Shown: piece by piece, positions 34,961 through 48,000 of the stretch | Layout of the letters: every line of letters starts with the position of its first letter | Position numbering within the stretch: position 1 is the stretch's first letter | NCBI GenBank assembly: GCA_964016885.1 | Contig: OZ024744.1 | Span: 64,914,001 to 64,978,000, forward strand | Source: Eledone cirrhosa | Lineage: Eukaryota | Length of the DNA stretch: 64,000 nucleotides | Direction of reading: 5' to 3' | Position numbers and translations under genes: made by a program | The notes under the pieces: model-generated | The model's database searches: none | Told to the model about the DNA's origin: nothing | What the model saw: the letters and a program-made list of their open reading frames with translations, nothing else

Positions 34961-37060
34961 TTACCGTATTTTTGGTAGAGGAGGGATGGTTTTTACATCC
35001 CTTTTCACTTGATCGTCTGGTGAAGGGACCGTTGAATCGTCCCTTCGGCTGGTCGTCGGCTCTTCTAAGAGAATGTCTGAATATACTCTTCGATTAATGG
35101 TTCCTCCTAGGTCCCTGAAATCACCAACTGCGTTGGGGAATTTCGTTTTAATGTTTGTGTATTGTTTCTGTGCTATTTTTAGCAGTCTTATGTTAGTTGG
35201 CGTTTTGATTGGTGCTGGTATTATGTAGTCCTGTTGTGAAATGTCTGTGTGTTCAATTATGTAAGTCATTAGTTTCTTGTTGTGTGTGTTTATTGCCGTG
35301 CATTTGTTTTTCTGGGGGTGGGGTGTGGTTCTGCTATTTTCTTGTCGTTGTTGCTGGGTGTGTGTGTTTTGTTGTTGTGTTTGCGATGTTGGTGCTTGTG
35401 GTGGTGGTGTTGAAGGTGTTGTTGGCGGTGGGGTTGTCGCCGGTGGTGATGGTGGTGCTGGTGTGGGTGGTGATGGTGTTGGTGGTGTTGCTGCTGTGGG
35501 TCTCTTTGCAGTAGACTTTACCCTTTTCTCATTTCTTTCCTCCCTTTTCAAAGGCGACGATGCGCTGCTTCTGCGTTTGTGCCTTCTTGAGACCTTTTGC
35601 CATCCCTCTCCCACCTCACACTCCATGTCTGATTCTGTAAGGTCGGGGAGGGGTACCAGCTCCACTCTTTCACTTGTTGTTGTTGGTGATGTTTGCACTG
35701 GAGTCTCTGTTGCAGCTGCATTTGGTATTGCTGTTGTTGTTGTTAATATTTCCACTGCTGCTGCTGTCTTTGATTTCCGTGGAGTGGGTATGGGTGCCAC
35801 GGACCTATCGTTCCTGGTTGCCGCTTGTCCTGTTGCTGGTAGCCGTGGAACCGGATTCGGGAGGAGGGGGGTTTTCTCCTTTCTCAGGGTCTTCTCGTTG
35901 CAGAAGGCCCTGAGGTGAGTCTTCGATCCACAGCGAAAGCATTTCGGGCGTTTGCCCTCAACACTTATGGGCAGTTGAGTGCCGTTATCGAAGTCTATCA
36001 CATCCGGGATAGCTTCGATGCACTCCTGGTTGGTTTGTATTAGCATCTCAATGGAGGAGCCGACCCAATCTTCTCTTACTTTTTTCTGTACTTGCAGTAC
36101 AGTTGTTTTGTCCTCGATTCCGACGAGGACAGACGCGGCCAGCCAAGAAGGGGTCATTCCGGGGGGGACGTGGGTCAGTTTGACCCTCACAATTTTTTGC
36201 CCGCAGTAGGAGGGCACCAACACCATTTCCTCGCTCCTTAGGGTCACTACTGATTGGGCCTTTGCCTCCTGGGGTGTGGCAAAAAGTACGTCTACGGTGG
36301 CGTATTTTTTGCCTCGGGTGATGTGCGTTTTCCTCTGCCACACAGACCCCAAGGCTTTTTGTATTTGGGCCTCTGTGGCTCTTTCCACCCTACGGGATTT
36401 TGTACTTACTGTACGGTACGTGACCGTACAGTGCTCTTGGGTTTCGAAAAAATTTTTCGCTGCCTTGCAGATTGCTCGGTGTCCGTTCTTTGTCACCATC
36501 TTCTTCGCTTCCTCTAATTCCTCATTTGTTATGAGGATTGTTTCCAGGTTTTTCGCAATACCTGCAAATGAGATTGGTTTTTCTCTGCTGTTGTTGTTGT
36601 CGTCAGAGCTGCTGGTACTTTTGTTGTTGCTGCAGGTACTACGACTACTGCCTCCGCCGCTGTTGCTGTGGTTGTTGTTGGTGTTGCTGCTGCTAATGGT
36701 GTTGTTGTTTATGCTGCTGGTGATGCTGTTGCGGCTGCTACTGTTGTTTTCATTGTCACTGTTGCTGTTGTTATTACGGCTGCTACTGCTATTATTCCTG
36801 ACGTCAGACGAATGAACTGGGTTTTCGTATTTCCCGCACACCTGTTTCGTCGCTGTCGTCGTCGTCGTGGAGAAACCTTGCACGCTTTGCACGAGACTTT
36901 TCTTTTCTTTCGTCGCTTGCGAAAGAGAAGGTAGGGAGAGAGACACATTTAAAGAAGGGAGGGAGAGAGACAATCTTCTCTCTCCTGTAGTGATGATTGA
37001 GGAAGAAGAAGACGGAATGAGTGGGAGTGACGTATGAAATTTTTTTTTTTTGGTAGCCAT
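34961..37060 (-). CDS. Tx1-like ORF1 (gag-like nucleic-acid-binding protein)
   Basis: Open frame of about 700 aa from ATG MATKKK; CCHC knuckle CFRCGSKTHLRAFC; N/S-rich and P/T/Q-rich low-complexity tracts; 35 bp upstream of ORF2. Confidence 0.88.
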   Translation of the reverse strand: MATKKKKFHTSLPLIPSSSSSIITTGERRLSLSLPSLNVSLSLPSLSQATKEKKSLVQSVQGFSTTTTTATKQVCGKYENPVHSSDVRNNSSSSRNNNSNSDNENNSSSRNSITSSINNNTISSSNTNNNHSNSGGGSSRSTCSNNKSTSSSDDNNNSREKPISFAGIAKNLETILITNEELEEAKKMVTKNGHRAICKAAKNFFETQEHCTVTYRTVSTKSRRVERATEAQIQKALGSVWQRKTHITRGKKYATVDVLFATPQEAKAQSVVTLRSEEMVLVPSYCGQKIVRVKLTHVPPGMTPSWLAASVLVGIEDKTTVLQVQKKVREDWVGSSIEMLIQTNQECIEAIPDVIDFDNGTQLPISVEGKRPKCFRCGSKTHLRAFCNEKTLRKEKTPLLPNPVPRLPATGQAATRNDRSVAPIPTPRKSKTAAAVEILTTTTAIPNAAATETPVQTSPTTTSERVELVPLPDLTESDMECEVGEGWQKVSRRHKRRSSASSPLKREERNEKRVKSTAKRPTAATPPTPSPPTPAPPSPPATTPPPTTPSTPPPQAPTSQTQQQNTHTQQQRQENSRTTPHPQKNKCTAINTHNKKLMTYIIEHTDISQQDYIIPAPIKTPTNIRLLKIAQKQYTNIKTKFPNAVGDFRDLGGTINRRVYSDILLEEPTTSRRDDSTVPSPDDQVKRDVKTIPPLPKIR

Positions 37061-37293
37061 GTTTTTTTGTTTAAAATGAAATTTTGGGTACAAAACCCCA
37101 ATAACTGGCTATTTAACCCCGAAGGGCCAAATAACGGACAGAAAGACCCCTCTCACGAGGAGGAGGGTGTCTTTATCAACAATTTGGTTCAAGTTTTAAA
37201 CAATTTACAATTGTTTTAACGGTTAAAAATTACTATACCTTACAGAGCCGAGCCTCCGTCAACCATGGCATTCAATAATAATAATAATAATAA

Positions 37294-38045
37294 ACCTTAA
37301 AAAGGCTACAGAAGGAATGCTAATGGCTGCGCAAGAGCAGGCCCTCAAAACAAAGTGGCTGAAACACCATATTTACAAGGAAGAGGCTAGCCCACTGTGC
37401 AGGATCTGTGGAGAGAGAGAGGAGACTGTGGCTCACATTGTATCCGAGTGTAAACACCTAGCCCAGACTCACTATAAAGGCTGGAGACATGATATGATTC
37501 GCAGGGTGATCCACTGGCATCTATGCAAAGTAAACAATTTACCACATTCTGAGAAATGGTATGAGCATAAGCCAGAGTCGGTGATAGAAAACGATCAGGT
37601 GAAGGTGCTGTGGGATTTTAGGATACAGACGGACAAGAAACTGGAACACAATGGACCTGACCTGGTGGTTTTGGACAAGGAAGAAAGATTGTGCCTGATT
37701 GTGGATGTGGCCTGCCCATTTGACACGAGAGTGCAAGAGAAGGAGAGGGAGAAAATTAACCGATACCAGGACTTAAAGTGGGAGGTAAAAAGGATTTGGA
37801 ACTGTCATGAAGTCAGAGTCATCCCGATTGTCATAGGCGCACTAGGTACTATCTCAAAGAGTTTCCAGGGATGGTTAAAGAAGATTAGTCCAGCCCCGAT
37901 TTTTGGAACACTTCAAAAAGCATGCTTGCTGGGAACAGCAAGAACCCTCCGATACGCCCTGAATGTCTGAGGCTGCAGGTAGTGGCTTGATATTCATTTC
38001 AACAAACTTTCCAGTTAAATAACATCAATGACTGAGACTCAAAGA
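37294..38045 (+). mobile_element. R4/Dong-like element 3' fragment (CCHC finger plus RLE)
   Basis: AAQEQAL, CRICGEREETVAHIVSEC, RHD, PDLV..DVACP; same 3' UTR as the 30691 copy; (AAT)n flanks. Confidence 0.9.
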
Positions 38046-38049
38046 ACAA

Positions 38050-38283
38050 TAATAATAATAATAATAATTGTTTCCGCAATAGGCACAAGGCCAGTAATTT
38101 GAAGGTGGGGTGGAAGTTGATTAAATCGACACCAGTGCGTGACTGGTACTTTATTTTATCGACCCCATAAGGATGAAAGGCAAAGCTAACCTTGACAGGA
38201 TTTGAACTCAGAACGTAAAGGGTCATAACTCTACGCCACAAAGCATGTTGAGTGATACTCTACCGATACTGCCAATTCACCGA
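38050..38283 (-). mobile_element. SINE family 2, full length
   Basis: Reverse complement of the 6905-type copy; (ATT)n tail. Confidence 0.85.
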
Positions 38284-38296
38284 ATAATATAAATAG

Positions 38297-38370
38297 TGAT
38301 TTCTTTATTAACCACAAAGGGTTTACATTGAGAAAAACATTATGATGGATGAAAACATAGAGCATGTGTA
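38297..38370 (-). mobile_element. 3' terminal fragment of a Tx1 relative
   Basis: TGATTTCTTTATTAACCACAAAGGGTTTACAT matches the Tx1 3' terminus at 31242-31272, then diverges. Confidence 0.7.
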
Positions 38371-38387
38371 TGAATGTGTGTGTATGA

Positions 38388-38450
<63 letters not shown>

Positions 38451-38492
38451 GGTGAGTAAGTTTTGCATGTAAACAAATAAAAATAATTAAGA

Positions 38493-38660
38493 TAATAATT
38501 GTTTCTACTTTTGACACAAAGCCAGCAATTATCCCAGTGCATCACTGGTACTTTATTTTATTGACCCCGTAAAGATGAAAGGCAAAGGCAAACTCAGACT
38601 GTAAAGGGCCGTAACTCTATGCTGCAAAGCATGGCGTCTGACCCTGTACCGATACTGTAA
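38493..38660 (-). mobile_element. SINE family 2, internally deleted
   Basis: Tail, core and partial head on the reverse strand. Confidence 0.8.
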
Positions 38661-38715
38661 TAATAAGTGGGAACAAAGTATCAGTTTAGCATCCTGTACA
38701 TATTTTATTCACCTG

Positions 38716-40523
<1,808 letters not shown>

Positions 40524-40744
40524 ATAAATATATATATATATATATAAGTATGTATACGTACATACATATATGTATACAGACGTACAGTAGTATGTATATA
40601 TATGTATATGTACGTATATATATGTACGTATGGATTCACCGAACATTTATTATAATGCTCGGTGTGTTTGTAAACAAACATCCCGTATTAAGCCGTAGTG
40701 TCCAGCAACCATCGTTGCTCGTTTGTTCAACACTGACAAAGGAA

Positions 40745-40785
40745 CGCTGTACTAGTTTCAAGCTTATTAGCTATCGTCAGCAATG
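40745..40785 (-). ncRNA. Minimal type I hammerhead motif (HH7)
   Basis: Minus strand reads CATTG-CTGACGA-TAGCT/AATA/AGCTT-GAAA-CTAG-TA-CAGCG: palindromic stem III ACTAGT, GUA triplet, stem I with one mismatch. Confidence 0.68.
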
Positions 40786-41013
40786 TATACCTTCCTGCCA
40801 GATGATTGAACGTCTGAAAGTATATACCTTCCTTATGCATATTAACGGCTGAGCAGCCTAATTTGCATATTGAGTGAGTTAGTCGGCCGGGCACACCGAA
40901 AACGATAAATGGAAAAGAATGAAACAAAATTTCATTTCCCACTCTTAGTACGGCTGTTACTTAAATATAAGTATGTATACGTACATACATATATCTATAC
41001 AGACGTACAGTAG

Positions 41014-41050
<37 letters not shown>

Positions 41051-41152
41051 GTATGGGTTTACCAAACATTTATTATAATGTTCGGTTTGTTTGTAATTAT
41101 TTAGGTATCAGCCGTACTAAGAGTGAGAAATGAAATTTCCTTTCATTCTTTT

Positions 41153-41194
<42 letters not shown>

Positions 41195-41242
41195 ATATAT
41201 ATATATATACTCTTTAAAACTGAGGTTGATATAAGGTGTGAA

Positions 41243-41276
<34 letters not shown>

Positions 41277-41767
41277 ATCATTGTATTGTTTTTAATTTTT
41301 TCTTTTTAATACATATATTCGGTGGTGGTGGTGGTGGTGGTGGTGGTGGTGACGGTGGTAACAGAGAGAGAGAGAGAAAGGGTGGCGGCAGCGCCGAGAT
41401 TTAGATTTAGTGCAAACATCTGTCATTAAACTGAAAATATTAAAAAGTAAGATGCAAATTTTGGTGCAAGGACTAAATAGATTCAAGTAATAAGTGAACA
41501 ACAACAACACCAGCAGCAACAAGAACATCACCAACATATATACATACATGCACTTTTTTTTTTTTTTTTTAGTAAATACAAAAAAAAAAAAGAAAAAAAA
41601 AAAAAAAAAGAAGAAAAAAAAGCAAGAAAAAGAAAAAGTTGAGGAATGAAATGCGAAGTAAAGAAATGAAAACTAGCAGAATTCCTGTTAAAGACCAAAC
41701 CTATTTTTTAAATAGACAAACACAGCTTAATTAACTCCAGCTTCAGTTTCATGGTTGGTGTATTTAA

Positions 41768-42240
41768 GAGAGAGAGAGGGAAGAAAGAGAAGAGTATTAG
41801 TGGTGGTGGTGGTGGTGGTGGTAGTGGGGGTGGGTGGGGTGGGCATTAAGAGATAAGATGAGAGATTGAAGGAGAGAGAGAGAGAGAGAGAGAGATGGTG
41901 AGAGAGAGAGGGAGAGAGAGATAGTGAGAGGGAAGTAGAGAAGAGGAGAGAGAGAAGGGAAGAGAGAGGTGGGAGAGGGAGAGAGAAAGTGTGATAGAAA
42001 GAGATGGGAAGAGGAGAGAGTGGGAGAGAGATGGGGAAGGGGTGCATTGGGGAAGGGGTGAGAAAGGGAGATAGAGAGAGGGAGATAGCAGAGGGAGAGA
42101 GAGAGAGAGAAAGGGAGATAGAAAAAATAGGAAGGGGAAGAGAGAAGGAGAAAGAGGGAGAGAAAGAGGGGTGAGATAGGGAGAGAGAGAGAGAATGGGA
42201 GAAGGGGAGAGAGGGGCAGAGAAAAGGGGAGAGAGAGAAA
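41768..42240. repeat. Polypurine (GA-rich) low-complexity tract
   Basis: Almost exclusively G and A on the plus strand. Confidence 0.9.
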
Positions 42241-42291
42241 TTGACAAAAAGACTAGAAAAAAGAAATGATGTCTATTGTATTTTGGTTGTA

Positions 42292-42628
42292 TGGATGGGT
42301 GAATGGCTGGCTAGATGGGTGGATGGCAGGGGTGAATGGCTGGCTAGATGGGTGGATGGCAGGGGTGAATGGCTGGATGGGTGGATGGCAGGGGTGAATG
42401 GCTGGCTAGATGGGTGGATGGCAGGGGTGAATGGCTGGCTAGATAGGTGGATGGCAGGGGTGAATGGCTGGCTAGATGGGTGGATGGCAGGGGTGAATGG
42501 CTGGCTAGATAGGTGGATGGCAGGGGTGAATGGCTGGCTAGATGGGTGGATGGCAGGGGTGAATGGCTGGCTAGATGGGTGGATGGCAGGGGTGAATGGC
42601 TGGCTAGATGGATGGATGGCAGGGGTGA
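42292..42628. repeat. 33-bp minisatellite, about 10 copies
   Basis: Unit GGTGAATGGCTGGCTAGATGGGTGGATGGCAGG; one unit is 4 bp shorter. Confidence 0.95.
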
Positions 42629-42827
42629 AACATCATGTTAGGATGTTATGGAATAAGGAAAACAAGAATAATGCACCTAAAAGTATGTGAGGAAGCAAGG
42701 TAACTGTTTCTGAAGACAAGGTCTTATTACATAACTGACTGTCAAAATAAAGGAGGGACAGTACCCATGGACTTTACAGGTCTTCCAAACACCAGTGAGA
42801 TTGTTACTTCACTAACATTTTCCTTAA

Positions 42828-43260
42828 CCCTTTAGCATTCACATTACTCTATATATACTATTATATTTTCAAGGTAAAGGCTTTACCTCACATAATTATC
42901 TCACATAATATTGAATCTATGAGATTTTGAAAGTATCTATTTTGAGAACAATACCTTAACATCAGTTTGAGCAACCAGTTACAGCCAGTTTCAACAGAAA
43001 GAGATAGAGAATTCTGGCCGGTTTTGGCCGGTTTGAACATTAAAGGGTTAACCCTTTGTCATTTACATTACTCTATATTTTCATGGTAAAGGCTCTACCT
43101 CACATAATTATCTCATATAATATCGAATCTATGAGATTTTGATATTATTTATTTTGAGAACCGTACCTTAACATAAGTATGTACAGCCAGTTATGGCTGG
43201 TTTGAACAGAAAGAGGTGAGAGAATTCTGGTCGGATTCGGCTGGTATAAATGCTAAAGGG
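42828..43260 (+). mobile_element. Two tandem piggyBac-type MITEs (family A) sharing a central TTAA
   Basis: TTAA(42824)-CCCTTTAGCATT...TAAAGGG-TTAA(43048)-CCCTTT...AATGCTAAAGGG-TTAA(43261). Confidence 0.9.
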
Positions 43261-43449
43261 TTAAACTGTTGCAAGTCAAAAAGGCACTACACTACTGGTG
43301 TGTAATAGCAGTGGTTGAAGTTCTTGTAGTTTAGCCCCAGGTCTACTCTCACTCAAATGATCTATGCTCAAAAGCACAGATCTGTTCCTGCTGTGAATAT
43401 CGTGGTAGTAGTGCTATGGTGAAGGCGAGCATCATTCCTAACCCTGAAT

Positions 43450-43600
43450 TAGGCGGCAAATTGACAGGGTCGTTAGAACGTTGGATATAATATTTATGGT
43501 TTTGCTCTGGCTCTCTGCTCTCAGTTCAAATGCTGCTAAGGTTAACTTTGCCTTTCATCTTTTGAGGTTCATAAAAAAAAGTACCAGTCTAGTATTTTGA
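43450..43600 (+). mobile_element. Old SINE family 2 copy
   Basis: GTTCAAATGC..AGGTTAACTTTGCCTTTCATC..AAAGTACCAGT. Confidence 0.7.
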
Positions 43601-43756
43601 TCGATTCTTCCTCTCTCTGGAAGAAATCTGCTCTACTCAGGCCTGGAGGGGATGGGCTCTGCCAGGCTTAAAATGCCCAAGAAATGCAGTATGTCAATAT
43701 GGCACCCCAATGACTCTAAGGAGTTACGGGACCATACATACAACCCTCAATTAGTC

Positions 43757-44270
43757 ATCATCATCAATTATCATTGTTAAATGTTCATTTACTCAGACGG
43801 GTTGGTGGCTCATATCTCATCCATATACATTCATATACTCTATTGATTGCTCCAATAAGACTGGGGCCCATCATCTGGTTTAAATATGATCCCACATTCT
43901 ACCAACAGCATTTTATCATAGCACTACAACTAGGGTGATTGTCATGTCTTTAACACAGTTGATGAATCCTGGATGCCCTTCCTATCACCAGCCATTTTAC
44001 AGAGTGTACTGAGTGTAGTTATTATGTAGATCACCAACACTAGAGGTTGTTGTGCTCTTGACACAACTGGAAGGTCTTCTTGACCCTTTATTTGAAAACA
44101 TTTCTATGGCTGTTTACCCTTCCTTTCATCAACCAGTTTACAGAGTGTACCGGGTGTGTTTATCATCTAAATTACCAACATTAGGGAGATTGTTGTGTCA
44201 TGTCTTTTACACAACTGAAGAGTCCTCCCAACCCTTTGTTTGGCAAATTTTCTACAGCTGAATGCTTTTA
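43757..44270 (-). mobile_element. Old RTE-type 3' UTR remnants
   Basis: (CAT)n, CTGGATGCCCTTCCTA and TTTACAGAGTGTAC repeated with a spacing of about 140 bp. Confidence 0.5.
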
Positions 44271-45079
44271 GTCTTCACAACAATTATGTAATCAATTGTG
44301 ACATTCATGTCAGTGTTTAGAGACATGTTGTTGCTGTTGGCCAACATATATGAAGTTGACTACTGCTTTCAGAGCAGAATTGTTAAGTAGAAATGGAAGG
44401 AGGATGCGGAACATCCTAAGTTATAACCTTAATTTTCTTCATGTTGATTGTTATGGCTCTCTTAGTGTAAAAAATGCAAGTGTCTTTTGTGGTTATGAAA
44501 ACGGAAAAGGAAGGAAAAGGCAAGGGGTCTAGTATCAGAGAAGAATGGAAGGGTGATAGGATCTTGGCCTAGGGCATAACGATGTTAGGGCTGCACTCAG
44601 TGAACAAGACCACAAAAGCATTCCCATAGGCAATGGTCAGTGATACCCGCTGCACCAGCTTATGGGGCTCCTTCCTTAGATTTGGCTGCTGAAGTTTGGA
44701 TCTTGTGGAGGAGCTCGGCAGTACGGGGATCCATGTACGCCTGAGGTCTTGAATGCGACCGGAGCGAAGAGGAAAGGGCAGGGCAATCCCCAGTATTTGT
44801 TTGTCTTCCTTTCCTCATACCAAGCAGTGGAGAATTTATCCATGATGTGCTAAACACTCAATACAAGTTACCATCATGTTCACAGAAAATTGATATGCCA
44901 TTGGAGGGGGACTGGAAACACTACCTCAGGGGAAGTGAGAAAATGACAACAATAAAAAAAAACTGGGGCTGAACAAGGATATGACATTGGCTGATTCTAC
45001 AGGGAATAAAAAAATATATTTGTATGGGTTGAAATCAAAGCAAATGATATTATCACCATAAAGCAACTGCTTTATGAAC

Positions 45080-48000
45080 ATATTGTAGTTGTTGATGTTG
45101 TTGGTGTTAACATTGGTAGAGTTATTGGTGGTGTTATTGTTATTGGTGTTATTGTTGTTGGTAGTGTTGTTGTTGTTGGTAGTGTTATTGTTGTTGGTAC
45201 TGTTGTTGTTGGTACTGTTGTTGTTGTTGGTAGTGTTATTGTTGTTGGTACTGTTGTTGTTGGTACTGTTGTTGTTGTTGGTAGTGTTATTGTTGTTGTT
45301 GGTGTTATTATTGTTGACATTGTTATTGTTGTTGCTGTTGTTGGTAGTGTTATTGTTGTTGGTGTTATTGTTGTTGGTGTTATTGTTGTTGGTGTTATTG
45401 TTGTTGGTAGTGTTATTGTTGTTGGTGTTATTGTTGTTGGTGTTATTATTGTTGGTGTTATTGTTGTTGGTAGTGTTATTGTTGTTGGTAGTGTTATTGT
45501 TGTTGGTGTTATTGTTGTTGGTGTTATTGTTGTTGGTAGTGTTATTGTTGTTGGTGTTATTGTTGTTGGTGTTATTGTTGTTGGTAGTGTTATTGTTGTT
45601 GGTAGTGTTATTGTTGTTGGTAGTGTTGTTGTTGTTGGTAGTGTTATTGTTGTTGGTGTTATTGTTGTTGGTGTTATTGTTGTTGGTGTTATTGTTGTTG
45701 GTGTTATTGTTGTTGGTGTTATTATTGTTGGTGTTATTGTTGTTGGTAGTGTTATTGTTGTTGGTAGTGTTATTGTTGTTGGTGTTATTGTTGTTGGTGT
45801 TATTGTTGTTGGTAGTGTTATTGTTGTTGGTGTTATTGTTGTTGGTGTTATTGTTGTTGGTGTTATTGTTGTTGGTAGTGTTATTGTTGTTGGTGTTATT
45901 GTTGTTGGTGTTATTGTTGTTGGTAGTGTTATTGTTGTTGGTGTTATTGTTGTTGGTGTTATTGTTGTTGGTGTTATTGTTGTTGGTGTTATTGTTGTTG
46001 GTAGTGTTATTGTTGTTGGTAGTGTTATTGTTGTTGGTGTTATTGTTGTTGGTAGTGTTATTGTTGTTGGTGTTATTGTTGTTGGTGTTATTGTTGTTGG
46101 TAGTGTTATTGTTGTTGATGTTATTGTTGTTGGTGTTGTTGTTGTTGGTGTTATTGTTGGTAGTGTTATTGTTGTTGGTGTTATTGTTGTTGGTGTTATT
46201 GTTGTTGGTAGTGTTATTGTTGTTGGTAGTGTTATTGTTGTTGGTGTTATTGTTGTTGGTGTTATTGTTGTTGGTAGTGTTATTGTTGTTGGTGTTATTG
46301 TTGTTGGTGTTGTTGTTGGTGTTATTGTTGTTGGTGTTATTGTTGGTAGTGTTATTGTTGTTGGTGTTATTGTTGTTGGTGTTGTTGTTGGTGTTATTGT
46401 TGTTGGTGTTATTGTTGGTAGTGTTATTGTTGTTGATGTTATTGTTGTTGGTGTTGTTGTTGTTGGTAGTGTTATTGTTGTTGGTGTTATTGTTGTTGGT
46501 GTTGTTGTTGGTGTTATTGTTGGTAGTGTTATTGTTGTTGATGTTATTGTTGTTGGTAGTGTTATTGTTGTTGGTAGTGTTATTGTTGTTGGTGTTATTG
46601 TTGTTGGTAGTGTTATTGTTGTTGGTAGTGTTATTGTTGTTGGTGTTATTGTTGTTGGTGTTATTGTTGGTAGTGTTATTGTTGTTGATGTTATTGTTGT
46701 TGGTAGTGTTATTGTTGTTGGTAGTGTTATTGTTGTTGGTGTTATTGTTGTTGGTAGTGTTATTGTTGTTGGTAGTGTTATTGTTGTTGGTGTTATTGTT
46801 GTTGGTAGTGTTATTGTTGTTGGTGTTATTGTTGTTGGTAGTGTTATTGTTGTTGGTAGTGTTATTGTTGTTGGTGTTATTGTTGTTGGTGTTATTGTTG
46901 TTGGTAGTGTTATTGTTGTTGGTGTTATTGTTGTTGGTAGTGTTATTGTTGTTGGTGTTATTGTTGTTGGTGTTATTGTTGTTGGTGTTATTGTTGTTGG
47001 TGTTATTGTTGTTGGTGTTATTGTTGTTGGTAGTGTTATTGTTGTTGGTAGTGTTATTGTTGTTGGTGTTATTGTTGTTGGTGTTATTGTTGTTGGTAGT
47101 GTTATTGTTGTTGGTGTTATTGTTGTTGGTAGTGTTATTGTTGTTGGTGTTATTGTTGTTGGTGTTATTGTTGTTGGTAGTGTTATTGTTGTTGGTGTTA
47201 TTGTTGTTGGTGTTATTGTTGTTGGTGTTATTGTTGTTGGTAGTGTTATTGTTGTTGGTAGTGTTATTGTTGTTGGTAGTGTTATTGTTGTTGGTAGTGT
47301 TATTGTTGTTGGTGTTATTGTTGTTGGTGTTATTGTTGTTGGTGTTATTGTTGTTGGTGTTATTGTTGTTGGTAGTGTTATTGTTGTTGGTGTTATTGTT
47401 GTTGGTGTTATTGTTGTTGGTAGTGTTATTGTTGTTGGTGTTATTGTTGTTGGTGTTATTGTTGTTGGTAGTGTGATTGTTGTTGGTAGTGTTATTGTTG
47501 TTGGTGTTATTGTTGTTGGTGTTATTGTTGTTGGTAGTGTTATTGTTGTTGGTGTTATTGTTGTTGGTGTTATTGTTGTTGGTGTTATTGTTGTTGGTAG
47601 TGTTATTGTTGTTGGTGTTATTGTTGTTGGTGTTATTGTTGTTGGTAGTGTTATTGTTGTTGGTGTTATTGTTGTTGGTGTTATTGTTGTTGGTGTTATT
47701 GTTGGTGTTATTGTTGTTGGTAGTGTTATTGTTGTTGGTTGTTATTGTTGTAGGTGTTATTGTTGTTGGTGTTTATTGTTGTTGGTGTTATTGTTGTTGG
47801 TGTGTTATTGTTGTTGGTAGTGTTATTGTTGTTGGTAGTGTTATTGTTGTTGGTGTTATTGTTGTTGGTGTTATTGTTGTTGGTGTTATTGTTGTTGGTA
47901 GTGTTATTGTTGTTGGTGTTATTGTTGTTGGTAGTGTTATTGTTGTTGGTGTTATTGTTGTTGGTGTTATTGTTGTTGGTGTTATTGTTGTTGGTGTTAT

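Larger units (their letters stand above)
31243..37273 (-). mobile_element. Full-length Tx1/L1-clade non-LTR retrotransposon
   Basis: Two uninterrupted ORFs, short 5' UTR, 3' UTR ending ...GGTTAATAAAGAAATC-(ATT)n; (AAT)n on both flanks; visibly GC- and CpG-richer than the flanks. Confidence 0.92.

Noticed and set aside
30691-38045. R4-like fragments on both sides of the Tx1 element resembling LTRs
   Set aside because: They differ in length and at many positions, encode an RLE domain, end in (AAT)n and lack TG..CA ends; they are independent 5'-truncated insertions.
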